A stretch of 64,000 nucleotides of DNA from IMG/VR virus record IMGVR_UViG_3300035663_000008, one strand, 5' to 3'. The first letter of the stretch is position 1. Each line of letters opens with the position of its first letter. Below the pieces are notes generated by a model. That model saw nothing but the letters and a program-made list of their open reading frames with translations, made no database searches and was not told the DNA's origin. This DNA comes from an uncultured virus (IMG/VR IMGVR_UViG_3300035663_000008) (lineage: Duplodnaviria; Heunggongvirae; Uroviricota; Caudoviricetes). The position numbers were made by a program, and so were the translations under genes. This document shows positions 58,170-64,000 of the stretch, piece by piece.

Positions 58170-59245
58170 AACTAAAGGACATTCTGAAGGCAGCAGGAAA
58201 CAAGTACGCCACCGTAGCCTCTGACGGCTTGGAGGGCAGCGATGTAAAGGGATTCATCTCCACGGGATCGTATGCGTTCAACGCACTGTTGAGCGGTTCC
58301 ATCCACGGAGGAATGCCTGACAACAAGATCATTGCCCTTGCGGGTGAGCAAGCCACAGGCAAGACCTACTTTGCCCTGAATGTGGTGCGTGAGTTCCTGA
58401 ACTCCGATCCCAACGCGATGGTCATGTACTTTGATACGGAGCAAGCCATTACCACCGATCTGCTGAAGTCCCGTGGCATTGACACCGACCGCGTGGCTGT
58501 GCTGCCCGTGGCTACCATTGAGGAGTTCCGCCACCAGTGCGTTCTGTCGGTGGACAAGTACCTTGAAGCAGACAAGGACTCCCGCCCCCGCATGATGATC
58601 GTGCTTGACTCGCTTGGAATGTTGTCCACCGAGAAGGAGATGAACGACACCGCAGAGGGCAAGAATACCCGCGACATGACTCGCGCACAGGTGGCAAAGG
58701 CAGCGTTCCGCGTCCTGACCATCAAGTTGGGTCATGCACGGATTCCCCTGCTGATGACGAACCACACCTACGATGTGGTGGGCGCGTATGTTCCCATGAA
58801 GGAGATGGGTGGCGGCAGCGGTCTGAAGTATGCCGCTTCCACCATCATCTACCTGTCCAAGAAGAAGGACAAGGTGGACAACGAGGTGGTGGGCAACATC
58901 ATCCACTGCAAGGCACACAAGAGCCGACTCACCAAGCAGGACAAAATGGTGGATGTGCAGTTGAATTTTGAAACTGGACTAAACAAGTATTACGGACTGC
59001 TTGACATTGCGCTGAAGCACGGTATCTTTACGAAGGTGTCCACGAAGATTCAGTTGCCCAACGGCAAGACCGTGTTTGAATCGCAGATCAACAAGAACCC
59101 CGAGAAGTACTACAACGAAGACATCCTGCGGGCTATTGACATTGCCTGCAAGAAGGAGTTCTGCTACGGCAAGAGCGAAGCACAGCAGGCAATGGATCGT
59201 CTGGCTGAACTTGATGAGGAACTTGGACTAAATGAGTCAAACTGA
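58166..59245 (+). CDS. uvsX: RecA-like recombinase UvsX
   Basis: GEQATGKT, FDTE, LDSLG, DMTRAQ, NHTY, MGGGSGLKYAAS. Confidence 0.96.
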   Translation: MKLKDILKAAGNKYATVASDGLEGSDVKGFISTGSYAFNALLSGSIHGGMPDNKIIALAGEQATGKTYFALNVVREFLNSDPNAMVMYFDTEQAITTDLLKSRGIDTDRVAVLPVATIEEFRHQCVLSVDKYLEADKDSRPRMMIVLDSLGMLSTEKEMNDTAEGKNTRDMTRAQVAKAAFRVLTIKLGHARIPLLMTNHTYDVVGAYVPMKEMGGGSGLKYAASTIIYLSKKKDKVDNEVVGNIIHCKAHKSRLTKQDKMVDVQLNFETGLNKYYGLLDIALKHGIFTKVSTKIQLPNGKTVFESQINKNPEKYYNEDILRAIDIACKKEFCYGKSEAQQAMDRLAELDEELGLNESN

Positions 59246-60647
59246 AAAAACGATCCTGTCGGGACTGCTGAACGATCCCGAGTTCTGCAAGAAGACCATT
59301 CCATTCTTGCAGGAGGAGTATTTCCTTGATCGCGTGGATCGGGCTGTGTTCCGATCCATCAAGGATTTCGTGAATCAGTACAAGGGCATTCCCACAAAGG
59401 ATGCCCTGCTTATTGCACTTGAAGACAACAAGGGATTGACGGAGGACGAGTTCTCCAAGTGCAAGAGCCTCGTAGGAGACATGGGGAAGTCCGCCAAGCA
59501 GGACACGCAGTGGTTGAGCGACACCACCGAGAAGTTCTGCAAGGACAAAGCCATCTATAATGCCATTCTTGAATCCATTCAGATCATAGACGGCAAGGAC
59601 AAGGCACGGACTCCCCATGCTCTCCCCGAGATTCTTTCAAAGGCTCTCGCGGTTTCTTTTGACACGAATGTGGGACACGATTTCCTTGAGGACTACGAGT
59701 CTCGCCATGAGTTCTACCACAGGGTGGAGCGAAAGGTTCCGTTTGACTTGGAGATGTTCAATGCCATCACGAAGGGCGGTATCTCTCCGAAGACCCTGAA
59801 CATCATCATGGCAGGAACAGGCGTGGGCAAGTCGCTATTCATGTGCCATCATGCGGCTGCGTGTCTCATGCAGAACCGAAATGTGCTGTACATCACGCTT
59901 GAAATGGCTGAAGAGCGCATTGCGGAACGCATTGACGCAAACATCATGGACATCACGATGGATGAACTTCAGGACTTGCCGCTTGAGATGTACGAGAAGC
60001 GACTGAAGGGTGCGACTCGTGGCGTGAGCGGCAAACTCATCGTGAAGGAATACCCCACCTCCTTTGCGAATGTGAATCACTTCCGCATCCTGTTGGACGA
60101 GTTGCGACTGAAGAAGCAGTTTGTTCCCGACATCATTTTCGTGGACTACATCAACATCTGCTCGTCTGCACGGTTCAAGCACGGCAACAACATCAACTCG
60201 TATGGCTACATCAAGGCTATCGCAGAGGAGTTGCGTGGTCTGGCGATGGAGCGGGATGTTCCCATCGTGAGTGCCACACAGGTGAACCGCGCAGGGTTCT
60301 CGTCCACCGATGTTGACCTGACCGATACTTCAGAATCATTCGGCTTGCCCCACACGGCAGACCTGATGATTGCCCTCATCACCACCGATGAGTTGGAGAA
60401 GGCAGGACAGATCATGGTGAAGCAGTTGAAGAACCGCTACAACGGCAAGGCTGCAAACAAGAAGTTCATCGTGGGCTTGAACTATGCGAAGATGAAGTTC
60501 TACGATATTGACAGCAGCGTTTCGGAAGACCTGATGGATGCAAACATCCAAAAGGGCGAAGGTGACGGATACGGATCAGGATACGGTGCCAAGGACTTCA
60601 CGGCGAAGTTCGGCAAGAAGCGTGATACGAGTGATTGGAATATTTGA
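59232..60647 (+). CDS. gp41: Replicative helicase gp41
   Basis: AGTGVGKS, ITLEMAEE, VDYINI, ATQVNR, SESFGLP, QLKNRY. Confidence 0.96.
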   Translation: MSQTEKTILSGLLNDPEFCKKTIPFLQEEYFLDRVDRAVFRSIKDFVNQYKGIPTKDALLIALEDNKGLTEDEFSKCKSLVGDMGKSAKQDTQWLSDTTEKFCKDKAIYNAILESIQIIDGKDKARTPHALPEILSKALAVSFDTNVGHDFLEDYESRHEFYHRVERKVPFDLEMFNAITKGGISPKTLNIIMAGTGVGKSLFMCHHAAACLMQNRNVLYITLEMAEERIAERIDANIMDITMDELQDLPLEMYEKRLKGATRGVSGKLIVKEYPTSFANVNHFRILLDELRLKKQFVPDIIFVDYINICSSARFKHGNNINSYGYIKAIAEELRGLAMERDVPIVSATQVNRAGFSSTDVDLTDTSESFGLPHTADLMIALITTDELEKAGQIMVKQLKNRYNGKAANKKFIVGLNYAKMKFYDIDSSVSEDLMDANIQKGEGDGYGSGYGAKDFTAKFGKKRDTSDWNI

Positions 60648-61639
60648 TGTCCACCTACATTGACAAGAAGTACATCAACATGGTGTCTCCCCAACTTGAG
60701 CGATTCAAATGGAAGACCCAAGCACTTGCAAATTGTCGCTGCCCCGTGTGCGGAGACTCGCAGCGCAACAAGAGCAAGGCGCGTGGTTTCTTCTTCCCCA
60801 AGAAGAACGACTATTTCTACAAGTGTCACAACTGTGGAGTGGGGCATTCCGTATACCGATTTTTGGAAATCGTGGCTCCTGCTCTGGCACAGGAATACGC
60901 GCTTGAACGGTGGCGAAACGGGGAGAACGGCAAGAGCAACTATGTGAAGCCTGTGGAGGCGGCTGTAGCCCTTCCAAAGGCACAGATACGGCTTCCTCCC
61001 GTGTCCACCCTGCCTGAAACGCACCCTGCACGACAATATTTGGAATCGCGCAAGGTTCCCCACACAGATCGGTTCTATTTTTCAAAAGCATTCGGAGATT
61101 GGGTGCGCTCCATTGACTCTACATATACTACCGTTCCGAATGACGAGCGTATCGTCATACCATTCGTGAACAAAGCAGGGGAACTCCTCGCGGCGCAAGG
61201 ACGCTGCTTGAGCGGTTCCAAAAATTCAATCCGATACATTACCGTGAAGTTCACCAAGGACGGACGAGCGGTCTACGGCGAAGATCGGTTGGATTATTCA
61301 AAGAAGGTGTACGCCGTTGAAGGTCCGATTGACTCTGTATTTCTTCGTAACTCTATTGCTCTTGCTGGCAGCGAACTCGCTCACGCCACGAAACTGTTTC
61401 GTGATTGCGTTGTTGTATACGACAATGAACCACGCAATCCCGAGATTGTACACAAGATGGAAGACGCGATCCGTAGCGGCTATACCGTCTGTGTGTGGAA
61501 CAGCAGCATCGGAGAAAAGGACATCAACGACATGGTGCTTGCAGGACGATCTCCCGAAGAGGTTCAAGCCATCATTGACGAGTGTTCGTGCAGCGGTCTG
61601 ACTGCACTGGCACGGTTTTCACAATGGAGAGTGCGATGA
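60647..61639 (+). CDS. gp61: DNA primase gp61
   Basis: CPVCGDS, CHNCG zinc finger, VEGPIDS, YDNEPRN, KDINDM. Confidence 0.95.
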   Translation: MSTYIDKKYINMVSPQLERFKWKTQALANCRCPVCGDSQRNKSKARGFFFPKKNDYFYKCHNCGVGHSVYRFLEIVAPALAQEYALERWRNGENGKSNYVKPVEAAVALPKAQIRLPPVSTLPETHPARQYLESRKVPHTDRFYFSKAFGDWVRSIDSTYTTVPNDERIVIPFVNKAGELLAAQGRCLSGSKNSIRYITVKFTKDGRAVYGEDRLDYSKKVYAVEGPIDSVFLRNSIALAGSELAHATKLFRDCVVVYDNEPRNPEIVHKMEDAIRSGYTVCVWNSSIGEKDINDMVLAGRSPEEVQAIIDECSCSGLTALARFSQWRVR

Positions 61640-61881
61640 GCGAATACAAACTAGATCCAATGCACGATTTTTGTAACTCCGAAAACGGTAAATTACTGCA
61701 TGATCGTATTTCACAAATGGACACCCTACAGCGTGTAGAGGTCGCTTCCATGTGTCAGATGTTCTCGTTCTGGCGAGAGATACAGGAAACTCTGTTTGCC
61801 GCTGCGGAGGAGATCAAGCGGCTTCGTGCGCGTGTAAGTGAATTGGAGGGTGCAAATGGAAAAGCAGATAAAGATTCTTGA
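61636..61881 (+). CDS. Hypothetical protein (81 aa)
   Basis: ATGA overlap with primase; AAEEIKRLRARV coiled-coil end. Confidence 0.55.
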   Translation: MSEYKLDPMHDFCNSENGKLLHDRISQMDTLQRVEVASMCQMFSFWREIQETLFAAAEEIKRLRARVSELEGANGKADKDS

Positions 61882-62581
61882 CAACGGATTCGTGCAGTAT
61901 GTTGACCACATGGGCAGCGATCTCACGGTGGTCAACTCTGCGCGTGTTTCTTTCAACAAGGAGAGCGATTGGGAATCCGAACCTGATTGGCGAGGCTACC
62001 ATCCGCGCACACTTTCCGACAAGGACAAGAAACTCATCGGGTATCTTGCCAAGCACAAGCACTGGACTCCGTTCGCGCATCCACAGATCACCCTGCGGAT
62101 CAAGGCTCCCATCTTCATTCGCACCCAACTCTTCAAGCACAAGGTTGGATTCACCGAGAACGAAGTCAGCCGCCGCTATGTGAGTGATCCGCCGACCGTG
62201 TATTTTCCACATTGGCGCGGCAAGCCCACAAACGGCGCAAAGCAGGGGTCTGAAGACTTCATGCCCATAGATGATGCGTACAACACCGTGAGCCGCCACT
62301 ACGAAATGTGTGTGCGGGAAGCACTGTTCTCCTACGAACAACTCCTGAAGTTGGGCGTGGCTCCTGAACAGGCACGGGCTGTGCTGCCGCAGGGAACCTA
62401 TACCGAATGGTGGTGGACAGGTTCGCTTGCAGCGTTTGCGCGGGTGTATGCACAGCGCAGCGATCCTCATGCCCAATGGGAATGCCAGCAGTACGCAGCG
62501 GCGTTCGGTGAGATCATTGCACCCATTTTCCCCCATTCGTGGGCGGCTCTGACGCAGAAAGCACCCATCCCTGAAGCCTAA
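61856..62581 (+). CDS. thyX: Flavin-dependent thymidylate synthase ThyX
   Basis: VNSARVSF, HWTPF, QLFKHKVG..ENEVSRRY, EQARAVLPQ, HAQWE. Confidence 0.94.
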   Translation: MEKQIKILDNGFVQYVDHMGSDLTVVNSARVSFNKESDWESEPDWRGYHPRTLSDKDKKLIGYLAKHKHWTPFAHPQITLRIKAPIFIRTQLFKHKVGFTENEVSRRYVSDPPTVYFPHWRGKPTNGAKQGSEDFMPIDDAYNTVSRHYEMCVREALFSYEQLLKLGVAPEQARAVLPQGTYTEWWWTGSLAAFARVYAQRSDPHAQWECQQYAAAFGEIIAPIFPHSWAALTQKAPIPEA

Positions 62582-62584
62582 ATA
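62578..62584 (+). promoter_or_regulatory. Late promoter variant CTAAATA
   Basis: 5 nt before ATG 62590. Confidence 0.55.
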
Positions 62585-62589
62585 CAGGG

Positions 62590-64000
62590 ATGACCTACTT
62601 CAACGATTCTCCCAAGCCCACAGAGCCACGCCGAACTGCTGCTGTTTCCAGTGGTCAGTTTGAGTCGGGTTCCGTATTTCGTTTAGTGCGCGAAATCCGT
62701 GGTTCCGCGTACTCTGTGGGCGATCAGTTCATGCTGGTGGAGAGTGAAGACTGCCATGATCCCAACACGCTTGTATTGGGCGGCGTAGGCGAAAACTACT
62801 TTATAGACCCCCGTGGCAAGCCGCTAAAGATAGAGGCAGGGGACACACAGATTGACTCTATTTTTGAGTTGGTTCGGGAACCGCAGCGCGAGGTGGTTGA
62901 GGAGATTGGAGCCGAGGACGCTCCACCCCGTCTTGTCACAGCCGAGCAGTTCAAGACTTTCCGCGAGGGTCTTGCTGGCGTTCTGAACGAGATTGCCGCT
63001 GTTCGTTCCACTGGCGGGGAGCGTGGAGATCGCGGTCCGCGTGGCTACACAGGGGTTCAGGGCGACAAGGGTGATGTCGGACTGCAAGGACCGCAGGGTG
63101 AAAGGGGTGAGCGTGGTGAAAAGGGAGAACAGGGCGAGAAAGGCGATACGGGTGAGCGTGGACCGCAAGGGGAGCGTGGGGAACCTGGTCCGCAGGGTGA
63201 TCGTGGGGAACAGGGAGAACGCGGTCCGCAAGGGGAACGCGGAGAACGCGGTGAACAGGGAGAACGGGGCGAGAAAGGCGATGCGGGTGATCGCGGCGAA
63301 GCAGGAGCAGAGGGTCCGCAAGGACCGCGTGGTGAGCGCGGTGCTGATGGTTCTGCGGGTGCTGACGGTCGTGATGGTGCTATTGGTCCGCGTGGCGAAC
63401 GGGGCGAAAAAGGTGAACGCGGTGCTGAAGGCGCGATGGGTAAGCCTGGTTCAAACGGTGCAAAAGGCGAGAAAGGCGACAAGGGAGATGCTGGCGAGTC
63501 TGGAGTTGTAACCGCAAAGTTCCCGTTGGTCTATGACGCAGCCGAAAAGTCCATCTCTATTGATGAAGCACGCCTAGACAAAATTCTCAAGAAGATCATG
63601 GGCGGCGGCAAGGTGTCGCCGCAGGACATGGGTTGGCTTGCGTCCACTGGCGGCGGTGGCAAGGTGGCTGTGTACATCAACGGCTCCAAGATCACGCCTG
63701 ATGTTCGCACACTGGACTTTACAGGCGCAGGAGTCACGGCTAGCAAGGTGGGCGGCAAGGTCACCGTGAACTTTACAGGCACGGGAGGCGGCAGCAGCGG
63801 TGGTGTGGCTAGCGTGAACGGATTGAGTGGTGCGGTTTCCATTGTGGGCGGAACCGATATTTCCATCAGTCCAAGTGGACAGACTCTCACCATTAACTAC
63901 ACGGGATCAAGCGTTTCCAATGCCGTGACATCGTTCAACGGCAATACGGGTGCGGTGCAGGGTGTATCAGCAGCAGCGGCAGGCACAGGCATATTTGTTT
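62590..64000 (+). CDS. Collagen triple-helix repeat protein, 3'-truncated, absent from ORF track
   Basis: Hand translation from ATG 62590 ([12 protein letters not shown]...) continues through the G-X-Y tract to a [11 protein letters not shown] / [11 protein letters not shown] fibre motif at the window edge. Confidence 0.88.
   Translation, partial: MTYFNDSPKPTEPRRTAAVSSGQFESGSVFRLVREIRGSAYSVGDQFMLVESEDCHDPNTLVLGGVGENYFIDPRGKPLKIEAGDTQIDSIFELVREPQREVVEEIGAEDAPPRLVTAEQFKTFREGLAGVLNEIAAVRSTGGERGDRGPRGYTGVQGDKGDVGLQGPQGERGERGEKGEQGEKGDTGERGPQGERGEPGPQGDRGEQGERGPQGERGERGEQGERGEKGDAGDRGEAGAEGPQGPRGERGADGSAGADGRDGAIGPRGERGEKGERGAEGAMGKPGSNGAKGEKGDKGDAGESGVVTAKFPLVYDAAEKSISIDEARLDKILKKIMGGGKVSPQDMGWLASTGGGGKVAVYINGSKITPDVRTLDFTGAGVTASKVGGKVTVNFTGTGGGSSGGVASVNGLSGAVSIVGGTDISISPSGQTLTINYTGSSVSNAVTSFNGNTGAVQGVSAAAAGTGIFV
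63016..63510 (+). repeat. Uninterrupted Gly-X-Y tract, 55 triplets
   Basis: GER GDR GPR ... [15 protein letters not shown]. Confidence 0.92.

Noticed and set aside
11485..62581. Introns, inteins or homing endonucleases in gp17, uvsW, gp43, gp41, thyX
   Set aside because: Proteins are normal length and continuous; no HNH, GIY-YIG or LAGLIDADG ORF recognised
63016..63510. CRISPR-like or tandem DNA repeat
   Set aside because: 9-nt periodicity comes from Gly-X-Y coding; no repeat-spacer structure
62824..63511. Repetitive ORFs in other frames (62993 +, 63057 -, 62824 -)
   Set aside because: Alternate-frame readings of the collagen tract
1..64000. TAG stop-codon reassignment
   Set aside because: TAG is rare as a stop but core genes are full length in the standard code with no TAG interruptions

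Overview
The whole window is a segment of a large T4-like myovirus genome (cyanophage/environmental T4-like gene style, about 50% GC), and every gene I call lies on the + strand. Layout: tail fibre/adhesin genes (1-8.4 kb); the conserved gp13-gp23 neck, terminase, tail, portal and head block (8.4-21.8 kb); gp3, uvsY, dCMP deaminase, uvsW, gp55, gp47/46, RNase H, gp45/44/62 and regA (21.8-34 kb); a ~21 kb accessory island between regA and gp43 (34-55 kb); then gp43, uvsX, gp41, gp61, thyX and a collagen-repeat gene running off the right edge. The island holds a ~15.5 kb glycan-building locus (glycosyltransferases, methyltransferases, epimerases, glf, WavE-like). Its most unusual part is a nucleotidyltransferase-cupin-RuBisCO-like protein (form IV) trio, and putative late promoters suggest the locus may decorate the virion. 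The island also has dUTPase, UvsE, a signal-bearing lysozyme, SAM decarboxylase, a BglII-family endonuclease next to an amino-methyltransferase, and GroES. I saw no tRNA, rRNA, CRISPR array, intron or intein. All calls come from motif recognition and synteny by eye; no searches were run and the host cannot be assigned from this window.
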